Shown here one piece after another: positions 11,766-24,489 of a stretch of DNA of 64,000 bases. Below the pieces are notes generated by a model. The model saw only the letters and a list, made by a program, of their open reading frames with translations. It ran no database searches and was not told where the DNA came from. The stretch comes from Mobula hypostoma. Taxonomy: Eukaryota. Each line of letters begins with the position of its first letter. The first letter of the stretch is position 1. The position numbers were made by a program, and so were the translations under genes. The stretch spans positions 106,642,001 to 106,706,000 of the forward strand of contig NC_086108.1 in assembly GCF_963921235.1 (NCBI RefSeq), read 5' to 3'.

Positions 11766-12329
11766 AAACTTGGGCAGAAGGTATGGAGATCCTGAGATGT
11801 CCAGTTCTCAAGATCCCCCTCCCGGCCTCACCAATGCAGTCCAAAGGCAAGCTTACGAAGCAATACATTTGGCAGCAGTTTGGCTGCAGGAGCTGCCGGA
11901 AGGACGTTCAATGACATTCAGCCACCTTAGGGGATCCACTTTGGATTTTCTGTCTGGGTTTACCCCCGTGACCTTTGTCTCTCCTGAGGCTGACAACAAG
12001 GCATGGGCTATTTACCCATAGATGGTCATCTGGTACACACACTGGTGGGCCTGTGTGCTAAATGTGCAGGGGCCAGACCTTCTCCACATCCTCTGTAGTT
12101 CAGAGAGGAGGCACTACATGAGACTAGCTGTTGGAGAGACGATGTACTGGCAGGGAGAGACTTACACACTCGGCTCTCCTTTTCACAAGACTGCTAGCCA
12201 GCAGAGGAAGCTGAAAGTGAGAGCGACAAGAACTACCCACTACACTACCACACTAGACGCATCGCTATACCAGTGGGCATAGTTTTAAGGTTATTGGGTG
12301 AAAGTTTTGTTCACTTACCTAAAGAAAAG

Positions 12330-13050
12330 ATGTCAAAATGGTGTGAAGAGTACACAGAAAATTTGCAATGTTTTTGCCAGGACTGGAGGATGTGAGTTCT
12401 AAGGAAAGGTTGAATCCGTTAGAATTTTATTCCTTGGAGCGTAATGAAGATATATAAAATTATGAGGGATATAGATAGTGTAAACACAAGCAGGATTTTT
12501 CCACTGAGGTTCGGTGGAACTACAACAAGAATTCATGGGTTAAGGGTGAAAGGTGAAAAGTTTAAGGGAAGCACAAGGGGTAACTTCTTCAGTCAGAGGG
12601 TCATGAGAGTGTGGAATGAGGTCCCTGTGCAAATGGTGCATGCAAGCTCGATTTCAACGTTGAAGAGAAGTTTGGATAGGGGTATGGAGGGATATGGTCC
12701 CTGTACAGGTTGATGGGAGCAGGCAGTTTAAATAGTTTGGCAGAGACTAGTTGGGCTGAAGGCATGTTTCTATGCTATACTTTTCAATGATTCTATAGGA
12801 GGAATGTCTGAGGAAGGTTTTTTTTTCACAGAGAGTGCTGGATGCGTGCGTGGAATACCCTGCCAGGGGTGGTGGTAGAGGCAGAATCATTAAGGGCATT
12901 TAATAATCTCTTAGATAGGTACTTAGATCATAGAATAAACGGAGGGTTATATAATGGGAAAGGGTTGGACTGGTCTCAGGACAGTTTGAAAGGTCAGCAC
13001 AGCACTTTGGGCTGAAGGGTTTGTACAGTGATGTTGAGTTCTATGTTCTG
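12330..13050 (+). mobile_element. Two tandem CR1 3' fragments
   Basis: YKIMRDID...HGLRVKG...NFFSQRV motif and CR1 tails. Confidence 0.8.
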
Positions 13051-13299
13051 TATTAATTACAATAAGAAACATAGTAAAGAAATAAGTAAGTAGTGAAAAG
13101 AGAGAAAAATGTGAGGTAGTGTTCACAGTATGTTCAGATCCCTTCCAATGAGAATACTGAGAGCATGCGGCAGGGAATGTGGGGAGAGTGTTTCAAGGCT
13201 AGGGTCACTAAACACATCCTCAAACAACTCTCTCTCCCACGCAGGAAGACTACTGATGCTGGGGACGGTTGACTGAGCTCAAAGTTAAGGTCTGACCTT

Positions 13300-13730
13300 A
13301 GAATCAGAAACAGGTTTAATATATGCCGTAAAAAATTTGTTTTGCAGCAGTATTTTGCAACACATATTAATAAAAACTATAAATTACAATAAGTAGTAAG
13401 TAAAAAAGAATATTAAATTAGCTCAAAAAGAGAGGGAAACAAAATACAGAGGCAAAAACAGTTTGTGGTCGTGTTCATAGTTCATTGACCGTTCAGAAGT
13501 CTGATGGCGGAAGAGCAGAAGCTGTTTCTGAAACATTGAGTGTGTTCCTGTTCCTTCAGGCTCCTGTACCTCTTCCCTGATGTTAGCAATGAGAAGAGTC
13601 ATGGGGGTTGCTTAGTAGCAGATGCCGCCTTTTTGAAGCATTGTCTTTTGAAGGTGCCCTGGATGCTGGGGAGTTAAATGTCCATGATGGAGCTGGCTGA
13701 GCTCATAACTTCCTGCAGTTTTTTTCTGAG
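13300..13730 (-). mobile_element. Rex1/Babar 3' fragment
   Basis: Reverse complement of the GRRYRSL/RNSFFP region plus a (TTCTGA)n tail. Confidence 0.65.
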
Positions 13731-14324
13731 CAAAAGGAAGCCAGTGAACCTCGATTTAAAGCACAAGGAACAGAGATGCTGGTGAGATCTGGAATGCACA
13801 GCCTGAAACAGTGGTGGAGACAAGTTCAGCTGGAACTTTTGATAAGAAATTGGATATGGACTTTAAAATAAATGCAGAGCATTGTGGGAAAAGAGAAAGG
13901 GAGAGTGGGTCAATTTAGAACTCTGAAATACAGGCATATGGAGGAATTTATGGTGGGGGGTTATATAGGAGGCAGGGTTTGAGGGTCGCCACTCTGTTTG
14001 TAATGGGCTGTGGGCTGTCTTTCCCTTTTTTACTTTATTGTATTAATTCCATGTTGCATGTCATGTCCTGAACAACACACCACAGCAAATTCCTAATACA
14101 CTCAGCTCCTAGGTATCTCCTGGACCTAATAATGTGGCCACTGAGAGTATGTTTGTGGACTTCCGATGGTGTGGCCCATCCACTTCAAGGTTTAACGTGT
14201 TGTGTGTTCTGAGATGCACATCCTCACACCACTTCTGTAATGCATTATTATCTGAGTTACAGTCACCTTCCTGTAAACTTATTTCTATTTTTTTCTTTAG
14301 AGATACAATGCAGAACAAACTCCC

Positions 14325-14600
14325 CTGGGTCCTCTCCTCTTTCCCTTTCTCCGATGGTCCACTCTCCTATCCTACCTGATTCTTTCCTCTCTAGCTCTTG
14401 ACCTTTCCCACTCACTTGGCTTCACTTATCACCTTGCAGGCAGTTTCATTCCCCTCTGGCCACCTCTTTATTCTGACATTCCCCACCCCTCCCCCCCTGT
14501 CCTTCTCAGTCCTGAAGAAGGGTCTCGGCCTGAAACGTCGACTATTTATTCACTTTCATATATTCTGTCCTGCTAAGTTCCTTCAGCATTTTGTACATTA
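14325..14600 (+). mobile_element. Penelope-like terminus
   Basis: Pyrimidine-rich tract followed by a hammerhead motif; homologous to the 10155 and 35385 copies. Confidence 0.75.
14508..14543 (+). ncRNA. Minimal type-I hammerhead ribozyme motif (intact core)
   Basis: AGTC | CTGAAGA | AGG-gtctcgg-CCT | GAAA | CGTC^ | GACT: helix I AGTC/GACT, conserved core, palindromic ACGT stem III. Confidence 0.8.
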
Positions 14601-14734
14601 CTTTTTTCTGTGGACATAGAACATAGAAAACCTACAGCACGATACAGGCCCTTTGGCCCACGATGCTGTGCCAAACATGTACTTACTTTAGAAATTACCT
14701 CGGGTTACCCATAGCCCATGGACATGTTATGTGC

Positions 14735-14917
14735 CAACTCACTAAACCTTACCCGTATGTGTTTGGAATGTGGGAGGAAACTGGAGCACCAGGAGGAAAC
14801 CCACATGGCCACGGGGAGAAAACACAAACTCTTTACAGACAGCAGTGGAAATTGAACCCTGATCAGTAATTTCTGTCACTAAAGCGATTGTGCTAACCAC
14901 TACACCACTGTGCTGCC
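14735..14917 (-). mobile_element. tRNA-derived V-domain SINE
   Basis: Minus strand has an A-box (TGGTGTAGTGG), a B-box (GGTTCAATTTCC) and the V-SINE core GGGTTTCCTCC..GTGCTCCAGTTTCCTCCCAC. Confidence 0.8.
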
Positions 14918-15244
14918 CCTACCTAAATCTACTTCAGTAACAATGCATGAATGGAAGCAGAGAAAATGTTAAATAAAAGTGGGTAAATTATTCTAATGCA
15001 GTTTATGCATCTGGCTGTATGCAATTAGCAGCCACATTTCCCTCCATTACTGTGGTACCTCAATTGTAGAGGTAAAGTGCTTGAGGCCATGTTGAGGTCA
15101 CAAAATTTGCAATGTAAATGTGGGATTTTTTTTTCCTCATAGCCCACACTTTTTCATGTGATCAAATGTGTTCGAACAACGTTATACTGCAGTGCAAGCA
15201 AATTGCAGTGGGGGTGAATTTGTCCCTCACTGAGCACCTCCTAT

Positions 15245-15820
15245 TGATTGGGTTGGCCATGGAAGTTTAAGTCAAAGTTGATTGACAAGCCAGTATGCAG
15301 TCCAGGGCAGTACGATATGTAGAGCAAGCTGTTGCCCATCAGCAGCCCCCTGCCCTCTAGGTGCAGTTGATGAACCCAAAGGAACGGCAGAGACCAATGA
15401 CAGTTTCTGGCAGCAATGGCATCGCAGGAGACGTCAGTTTGCGTTGAACTCAACATAGGTCTGCCCTTGGGACTCCAGCTTCAGAGTTTTCTTTTGGGTT
15501 TACTCCCAAAGCCTTACCCATGAGTGAGTATAGCCACCAGACAGTGGAGGTTTGAGATTAGAGTTTTCAGAGCTGCCAACCACAGACGACAAACCCCATC
15601 TCCGTGAAGTGACTGTTTTTAAGGTGTCAGGAACCTGCCTTTGTCCGTTCTCCTGTCAGTAGAAATGGTTCCACCAGGCTTAGTAGCTAAGCCACATGTG
15701 AAGGCCAGGAGCTGGACTTTGTTGTCAGAGGGTACCGGTGGTTGAGACACACGCTATTGGGGGCATTTAATAGGTAATGGGAGCTTATCCCTATTACCTG
15801 CACCAGCTAAAACAACTTTA
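15245..15820 (-). repeat. Interspersed repeat family, probably RTE-5'-derived (other copies 11790-12260, 28655-29195, 63610-64000)
   Basis: Clear mutual similarity (GATGAACCCAAAGGAACGGCAGA...TTTACTCCCAAAGCCTT.CCCATGAGTG..GGTTTGAGAT); class and strand are inferred. Confidence 0.6.
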
Positions 15821-16137
15821 TGATACCAATACTAGTCATACAAAATTAGGGTTGCAGAGGTGAGGAGCTTGTTTTACCCTTCTCCTGGCTTTTCATCAAG
15901 TGATAAGGGGTGTGAGGGAGCCTGTAAGAGTAGGATAGGCGAGTACCCCGTCTCCTTCTTCTTGATCAGGTTTCCGATGATCCTCTTTTACTTAAAGGGC
16001 CATCAGTCAGTGGACGTAAATAGGGTGAATGTTCACAGCCATGTTCCCAGGTGAGGGGAGACTCAAACATAGACTTAAGAGGAGAATGGCAAGATTTAAC
16101 AGCACAGAATTCCCCACCACTGAGGACATCTTCCAAT

Positions 16138-16535
16138 GGGCAGTATAGTGGTTATTGTAATGCTTTACAGTGCCAGTGAACAGTGACCAGGGTTCAATTC
16201 CCACGACTATTGTAGAGTCATAGAGTCATAGAAAAGTACAGCATAGAAACAGGCCCTTCAGCCCATCTAGTCTGCGCCGAACCATTTAAACTGCCGACTC
16301 CCATTGACTGGCACTGGGACTATTGCCGTCCATACCCGTCTGATCATTGTCCTGATGAGCAGGTGCTCCTGTTTCCTCCCATATTCTGGGCACGCTAGAT
16401 TGGCACTGGAAGTATGACGACACTTGCGGGCAGCCCCCAGCACGTATTCCGACTGTGTTGGTCATTGACACAAAATGAACCATTTTACTGTATGTTTTGA
16501 CGTATGTGTGAAAAATAAAGCTAATCTTTAATCTT
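16138..16535 (+). mobile_element. V-domain SINE split by an inverted CR1 tail (~16215-16350)
   Basis: B-box GGTTCAATTCC; V core resumes at GGTGCTCCTGTTTCCTCCC; (AATCTT)n tail. Confidence 0.7.
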
Positions 16536-16539
16536 TAAA

Positions 16540-17490
16540 GAAGGCGACATCCATTATTAAGGATCTTCACCATTTGGGACATACCCTCTTCTCATTACTG
16601 TCATTAGGATGGAAGTACAGGAGCCTGAAGACCCACACTCAATATTACAGGAAAAGCGTCTTCCCCTCTGTCATCAGATTTCTGAATGTCCTATGAGCAC
16701 AAACTCATTATTCCTTATTTGCATTAATTATGTTTGTAATTTATAGCAATTTTATGTCTTTGGACTGTACTGCTGCTGCAGAAAGGCAAGTTCAAAGTCA
16801 GTGATAATAAACCAGCTTCTAATTCTGAAATCAGCTGGAGGGCTTGGCTATGGGGAGAGGCTGGCTGGTCAGGGTATTTTTCAAGTTCAAAATCCAAAGT
16901 GAATTTATTATCACAATACATACATACAACCCTGAGATTCATTTTCTTGTGGGCACACTCAATAAACCCATAGAGTTTAATAACCACAACAGAATCAATG
17001 AGAGAATGAACCAACTTGGGAGTTCAACCAGTGTGCAAAACACAACAAGTTGTGCAAATACAAAAATAAAGAAATAATAATAATAATAAATATCGAGAAC
17101 ATGAGATGAAGAGTCCTTGAATGTGAATCCGTTGCCTCTGGGAACATTTCAATGATGGGGCAAGTGAAATTGAGTGAAGTTATTCCTTTCGTTCAAGAGT
17201 CTAATGGTTGAGGGGTGATAACTGTTCCTGAACCTGGTAGTGTGAGTCCTGAGGCTCCTGTACTTTTTTCATGATGGTAGCAGTAAGAAGACAGCATGTC
17301 CTGGATGTTGGGTGTCGCTGATGGTGGATGCTGCTTTCCTACGACAGCATTTTGTGTCGGTGTGCTCAGTGGTGGGGAGGGCTTTACCTGTGATGGACTG
17401 GGCTGTATCCACTACCTTTTTGTAGGCTTTTCTATTCAAGGGTATTGGTGTTTCCATACCAGGCTGTGATGCAGCCAGTCAATGTACTTG
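16540..17490. mobile_element. Two Rex1/Babar 3' fragments tail-to-tail (+16540-16830; -16880-17490)
   Basis: IIKD.HH.GH.LFSLL and LTGCITAWYGN/HPGHAVFLLLPS motifs. Confidence 0.7.
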
Positions 17491-17499
17491 AGTTTTCAC

Positions 17500-18870
17500 T
17501 TGAGTTTGGAGGCCGAGGGGTGACTTCATAGATGTTTATAAAATCATGACAGGCATAAACAAAGTGAACAGCCACAGTCTTTCTCCCAGGGTAAAGGAGT
17601 CTGAAATTAGAGGGCACAGATTTATGGGGAGAAGGAAGGATTAAAATGGAAGCTGAGGAGCAAGTGTGTCACACAAAGAGTGGTGGGCATGTGGAACGAA
17701 TGGCCAGTAGAAATGGTGGATTCTATTACAATTAGAAAGTTTAGAAGACGTGGGTAGAGAAGGTTTAGGATATGGGTCAAATGCAGGCAAATGGGACTGG
17801 CACAGCTGGGTATCTAGGTTGGTATGGATGCGTTGGCCTGAAGGGCCTGTTTCTATACTGGGTTCAAAATGTTAATGGTAAGGGTCCATGGAATAAAAAA
17901 GCCTAGGAACCCCTCTTTCTCACTGTAATCCATATGAGTCTATGACAAGCGAATCTATATTCAATCATATGCTCAAAAAGCCTGTACAATGGAAATCTAT
18001 GTTTCTCCTTTTCTACAAGCGACTCTCCTTTGGCAGTATAGCATTGGCTGTCAGCAGGAGGTTACAAAACTAAAGATTTCTGTCAGTCTGGAAGCCACTT
18101 ACTCTCTGTCCCAATCCATTACAGTCCGGTGTTGTGAGTGAAAACCTCATTTCCAAGGGTAGTGGCTGTGCTTAGAGCAAGCATTTTTGACGACTGGTAT
18201 CTCTATATGATCATAAGACATAGAGGAAGAATTAGGCCATACAGTCCAACAAGTCTGCTCTGCCACTTCATCATGACTGATTTATTATCCCTCTCAACCC
18301 ATTCTCTTGCCTTCTCCCTGTAACATTTGATGCCCTTACAAATCAAGAACCTATCAACCTCCGCTTTAGAGATACCCAAAGTCTTGGTCTCCACAGCCAT
18401 TGTTGTAATGAATTCTGCAGATTTACCCTCTGGCTAAAGAAATCCCTCCTCATTTCTGTTCTAAAGGGATGTCCTTGTATTCTGAGTCAGTGCCCTCTGA
18501 CCCTGGACTCCGCCACTATTGCAAGCATCCTCTCTATGTCGACTCTCTCTGGGTCTTTCAATATACCATAGGCTTCAATGAGATCGCCCCTCATTCTTCT
18601 AAAGTCCAACAAACATTAATCTTTGTTTCTTCTCCAGCAGATTATAAGATCATTAGGTACAAGAAGAGAATTAGGTCATTCAGCCCATCAACTCTGCTTG
18701 CCATTCCATCATGGCTGATTTATTTTCCCTCTCAACCCTGCTCCCCATAACCTTTGATGTCCTTACGAATCAAGAACACATCAACCTCTGCTTTAAACAC
18801 ACCCAGTGACAGCCTGAACATACGTTTGTAGCAATGAGTTCCACCAATTCACCACCCACTGGCCAAGGAA
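17500..18870. mobile_element. CR1 3' fragments (+17500-17860; -18210-18870)
   Basis: Similar to CR1 ORF2 C-terminus and 3' UTR. Confidence 0.7.
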
Positions 18871-19729
18871 GTTCCAACTCATGCCAGATTATTGGACCTT
18901 GGAAGCAACTGACTCCATTGCCAGGGATGGCTTTATCCCAGACAATTTGCCTGAACCAAAGTACTAAGAGAAATGCAATGCTGTAAATTCCCAGCTCCAA
19001 TGTGCAATCTAGATCATTATAGATCATTATATGACTTACAGTAATAAGGGTGTATGATCCTCTCATTACCTGCAAGAGGCCGAACACTTTGCTGCACTGA
19101 TAAGCAAGTCTGCTCAAAAATGTTGAGAATTAACATCTGCAAAAGCTTTGCTCTGTAATAAAGAAACCATTAAATCCTCCGTGATTACAATTAAGATATG
19201 TCTTTTAATCATCAATGAGACAGGCAATCATGCTCCTCTTTCCAAAACAAAGATGATTTTCTCCTGATCAAATTTTAACTCTTCAACGAGCATGGGGCAC
19301 ATTAATAGATAGGAGGCTTGGAGAGACATCTACTAACTATTTTAACAGAGGATAATACAATACATGCTCTGAAATAAAACTCAATTAATATAGTGAATAA
19401 ATTAATTAGTAAGTTGATTCAAAAAGGCAGGTGGGTCACTGAAAATAAAGAACAGTCATCTAACCCTTCAAGCCTTCTCCACCATTTATCCACATTGTGT
19501 CTGATCTACCTTAGCACAATTTTCTTGTACTTCTGCCACACACCTTGATTTCTTTGCTATCCAGAATCAGAATCAGGTTTAATATCACTGGCATATGTCA
19601 TGAAATCGGTTGCTTTTTGGCAGCAACACAGTGCAATACCTAAAAAGAAACTATAAATTACAATTAGAAATATGCTGAATATATATATTTTTCTTCAATT
19701 ATGTGAAGAAAAAAGTGATGACAGGAATG

Positions 19730-21475
19730 AAGGTGGAAAGATGTGCCTGGAGGCTGTGGAAGTGAGCGAGGTCCTCAATGAATACTTCTCTTCGGTATTC
19801 ACCAATGAGAGGGAACTTGATGATGGCGAGGACAATATGAGTGAGGTTGATGTTCTGGAGCATGTTGATATTAAGGGAGAGGAGGTGTTGGAGTTGTTAA
19901 AATACATTAGGACAGATAAGTCCCCGGGGCCTGATGGTATATTCCCCAGGCTGCTCCACAATGCGAGAGAAGAGATTGCTCAGCCTCTGGCTAGGATCTT
20001 TATGTCCTCGTTGTCCACGGGAATGGTACCGGAGGATTGGAGGGAGGCGAATGTTGTTCCCCTGTTCAAAAAAAGGTAGTAGGGATAGTCCGGGTAATTA
20101 TAGACCAGTGATCCTTACGTCTGTGGTGGGAAAGCTGTTGGAAAAGATTCTTAGAGACAGGATCTATGGGCATTTAGAGAATCATGGTCTGATCAGGGAC
20201 AGTCAGCATGGATTTGTGAAGGGCTGATCGTGTCAAACAAGTCTGAGAGAGTTCTTTGAGGAGGTGACCAGCCATATAGATGAGGGTAGTGCAGTGGATG
20301 TGATCTATATGGATTTTAGTAAGGCATTTGACAAGGTTCCACACGATAGACTTATTCAGAAAGTCAGAATGCATGGGATCCAGGGAAGTTTGGCCAGGTG
20401 GATTCAGAATTGGCTTGCCTGCAGAGGGCAGAGGGTGGTGGTGGAGGGAGTACATTCAGATTGGAGGATTGTGACTACCGGTGTCCCACAAGGATCTGTT
20501 CTGGGACCTCTACTTTTCGTGGTTTTATTAATGACCTGGATGTGGGGGTAGAAGGGTGGGTTGGCAAGTTTGCAGATGACACAAAGGTTGGTGGTGTTGT
20601 AGATAGTGTAGAGGATTGTCAAAGATTGCAGAGAGACATTGATAGGATGCAGAAGTGGGCTGAGAAGTGGCAGATAGATTTCAACCTGGAGAAGTGTGAG
20701 GTGGTACACTTTGGAAGGACAAACTCCAAGGCAGAGTACAAAGTAAATGGCAGGATACTTGGTAGTGTGGAGGAGCAGAGGGATCTCGGGGTACATGTCC
20801 ACAGATCCCTGAAAGTTGACTCACAGGTGGATAGGGTGGTTAAGATAGCTTATGGGGTGTTAGCTTTCGTAAGTCGAGGGATAGAGTTTAAGAGTCGCGA
20901 TGTAATGATGCAGCTCTATAAAACTCTGGTTAGGCCACACTTGGAGTACTGTGTCCAGTTCTGGCCACCTCACTATAGGAAGGATGTGGAAGCATTGGAA
21001 AGGGTACAGAAGAGATTTACCAGGATGCTGCCTGGTTTAGAAAGTATGCATTAGGATCAGAGATTAAGGGAGCTAGGGCTTTACTCTTTGGAGAGAAGGA
21101 GGATGAGAGGAGACATGATAGAGGTGTACAAGATAATAAGAGGAATAGAGGAATAGATAGAGTGGATAGCCAGTGCCTCTTCCCCAGGGCACCACTGCTC
21201 AATACAAGAGGACATGGCTTTAAGGTAAGGGGTGGGAAGTTCAAGGGGGATATTAGAGGAAGGTTTTTTACTCAGAGAGTGGTTGGTGCGTGGAATGCAC
21301 TGCCTGAGTCAGTGGTGGAGGCAGATACACTAGTGAAGTTTAAGAGACTACTAGACAGGTATATGGAGGAATTTAATGTGGGGGCTTATATGGGAGGCAG
21401 GGTTTGAGGGTCAGCACAACATTGTGGGCCAAAGGGCCTGTACTGTGCTGTACTATTCTATGTTCTATGTTCTAT
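19730..21475 (+). mobile_element. Young 5'-truncated CR1 LINE (RT domain to 3' tail), few disablements
   Basis: [60 protein letters not shown]; (TTCTATG)n tail. Confidence 0.95.
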
Positions 21476-21477
21476 AT

Positions 21478-22095
21478 ACACATACTCTCAGTTTATTAGG
21501 CACACCTATACACAAACATGAGGAAATCTGCAGATGCTGGAAATTCAAGCAACGCACACAAAATGCTGGTGGAACACAGCAGGCCAGGCAGCATCTATAG
21601 GAAGAAGTACAGTCGACGTTTTGGGCCGAGACCCTTTGTCAGGACTACACATGCAAATATTTCATCAGTCAATTAAACGGCAGCCACTCCATGCATAAGA
21701 GAATGGAAGCACAGTGAAGAGGTTCAGTTGTTCAGACTAAACTTCCAAAGGGGATGAAAGCTGATCTAAGTGACTTTGACCATGGAATGTTTATTGGTGC
21801 CAGATGGGGTGGTTTGAGTAACTCAGAAATTGCTTATCTCCTGGGATTTTCATACATAACGGTCTCTAGAGATTACAGAAAATGGTGTGAAAAACCAAAA
21901 AAAAGCATCCAGTGGGCGGACGTTCTGTAGGTGAAAATGCCTTGATAATGAGAGAGGTCAGAGGAGAATAGCCAGTTCAGTAACTCAGGTAACCATGCAG
22001 TGGTGTGCAGAACAGCTTTTCTGAGTGTGCAGTGGATGGGCTACAGCTGCAGACTACTATGAATATACATTCATTGGACATTTTATTAGGTATAG
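21478..22095 (+). mobile_element. Second Tc1-derived element with a Penelope terminus inserted (21510-21647, minus)
   Basis: Reverse-complement homolog of 7090-7654 (DLSDFDHGMFIGARWGGLS); the insert carries a hammerhead with G-to-A changes in the core. Confidence 0.75.
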
Positions 22096-22477
22096 AAGTT
22101 TTAAATTATGTGCAAAAATAGAGCAAAATTGTGATGCAGTGTTCACGGGCTCATCCTCTGTTCAGAAAATCTAATGGCAGAGGGGAATAAGCTGTTCCTA
22201 AAATATTGAGTGTGTGCCTTTGCCTTCAGATTCCTGTACCTCCTCTCTGATGTTATTAATGAGATGAGGGCATGTCCTGGGTGACGGAGCTTCCTAATGA
22301 TGAACGCTGCCTTTTTGAGGCATCACCTTTTGAAGAGGTCCATAAGTATATCAGTCAGTTTGAACTGATTATCTAGTTTGAACTAACTCAACAGCAAGGT
22401 CTTCACAGCCTCTGGGAGACAGTATTCTGAAGATTCGCCACCATCTGATCTGAATAACGTGCCCTGTAACTTGAATA

Positions 22478-23255
22478 GACATAAGACACAACATAAGATT
22501 TGACCATTCAGCCCATCAAATCTGCTACGCCATTCCATCGTGGCTGATTTATTTATCCCCTCAACCCCACTCTCTTGCCTTCTTCCCATCATCTTTCATG
22601 CCTTTACTAATTAAAAACCTATCAACCTCCATTTTAAATTTACGTAGTGACTTGATTTCCACAGCTGTCTGGGTTGTGTATTCAATATTTCTATAGTATT
22701 TGGAAAATATTGTAAATATAGTGTTTGATTGAACATTCTTGCTTGTTTAAAAATTCATTACCGGTTATATATATGAATAAGTCAATTGCATATGTCATGA
22801 AGTCACCACAACATAATTGCATGCCTCGCCTAAATTTTAAATGAAACTAGGACCCATTCTCCTGGGCTCCCATCTTTTTTTTTTCTCTCTTAATTAGCTT
22901 TATGTTTCAAAATTACAAAACAGTCTGTGGTAATGAATTCCACAGATTTATCATCCTCTGGCTAAGGAGTTCCTCCTCGTCTATATTCTAAATGGACGTC
23001 CCTCCATTCTGAAGCTGTGCCCTCTGATCCTAGACTCCCCAACTACAGGAAACATCCTCTCCACCTCCACTCTGTGTAGGCCTTTCATTATTCAATAGGT
23101 TTCAATGAGATTCCCCCCTCATTCTTCTAAACTTCAGTGAGTACAGGCCGAGAGCCATCAAACACTCCTCACGTGTTCCCGGGATCATTCTTCTGGACCC
23201 TCTCCAATGCCAACAAATCCTTTTTGAGATACAAGGCCCAAAACTGCTCACAGTA
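22478..23255 (-). mobile_element. CR1 3' fragment hosting a small LTR-like insert
   Basis: Reverse complement of CR1 3' UTR/ORF2 end; continuous once 22672-22922 is removed. Confidence 0.8.
22672..22922. mobile_element. Small AT-rich solo LTR or MITE (251 bp)
   Basis: Perfect 5-bp TSD GTCTG (22667-22671, 22923-22927); imperfect terminal inverted repeat GGTTGTGTA/TACAAAACA. Confidence 0.65.
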
Positions 23256-23359
23256 ATTGTAACCCTTGGTTCTAGACTTCTAAACCAGTGGAAATATTCA
23301 ATCTAATTCGGCCAGTGAAGTATTTTACATATGTTGCAAGTTTCAGTAAAGTCACCTCT

Positions 23360-24228
23360 CATTGGTAGTATAGCAGTTAGCATACAGTACCAACTGAAAG
23401 ATTGAGGTTCGATTTTGCTGCTGGCTGTAAGCAATTTTGTACGTTCTCCCCATGACCACATGGATTCCCTCCGGGTTCTCCAGTTTCCTCCCACATTCCA
23501 ATGACTTACGAGTTAGGGTGAGAAAGTAGTGGGCATGGTTGTTGACACCGGATGCATGGTGACACTTAGAGTGTTGTCAACAGCTTTGGGCCCCTTTATC
23601 TCAGAAAGGATGAATTGTCATTGGAGAGAGTTCGGAGTAGGTTCATGAGGATGATTGTGGGAATGTAGAGGTTTACATATGAGGAATGTTTGGCAGCTTT
23701 CGGCCTGTACTCACTGGAATTTAGAAGAACATGTGGGGATCTCATTGAAACCTTCTGAATGTTGAAAGGACTCGATAAGGAGGATGTGGAGAGTATGTTC
23801 CCGCTGGTGCAGGTATCCAGAACTAGAGGGCACAGCCTCAGGACTGAGGGGTGACCTTTTAGAACAGAAGTAAGGAAGATTTAATTTTGCCAAGGAGTAA
23901 TGAAGCTGTGGAATGCTCTGCCACAGACTGTGGTGGAGGCCAAGTCCGTGGGTTTATTCAAAGCAGAAGCTGATAGATTTCTGATTGGTCAGGGCATCAA
24001 GGGATATGGTGAGAGGGCAGGTGTATGGTGTTAAATGGAATCTGGGATCAGCCATGAGGAAACAGCGGAGTGGACTCGATGAGAGGTATATCTGATTCTG
24101 CCCCTATGCATTATGGTCTTATGGACACTTGCAGGCTGCCCCAACATATCCTAGATGGAAACGACGCATTTCACTGTATGTTTTGATGTTTGAATATACG
24201 TACATGTGACAAATAAAGGCATTCTTAA
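23360..24228 (+). mobile_element. V-domain SINE split by a CR1 3' fragment (~23572-24125)
   Basis: B-box GGTTCGATT and V core; the SINE tail resumes at GACACTTGCAGGCTGCCCC; GACACTT is repeated at both junctions. Confidence 0.75.
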
Positions 24229-24489
24229 ATCTTCATCTCATTGTTTTGAAATCGAGAGATTACAGCATATTCCACTGAATCACTTTTCCAATGATGAACC
24301 CATCGTCCATATGATCAGTAGTGGTTTAAATAATGATTTTATATCATTCTATTTAGACAACTTTAATCTTATACTCACATTTTCTTGTAATTTATTTTTT
24401 GTTAATGTTATTATTATTTAGATATACAGTGCAGAACAGGTCCTTTTGGCAAAACGAGCTGCACCACCCAGCAACCCCCCTATTTAGAC

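Noticed and set aside
19069..19136. Possible minus-strand 67-nt exon (TTTTGCAG...CAG|GTAATG)
   Set aside because: Weak pyrimidine tract, unrecognisable peptide and no other support
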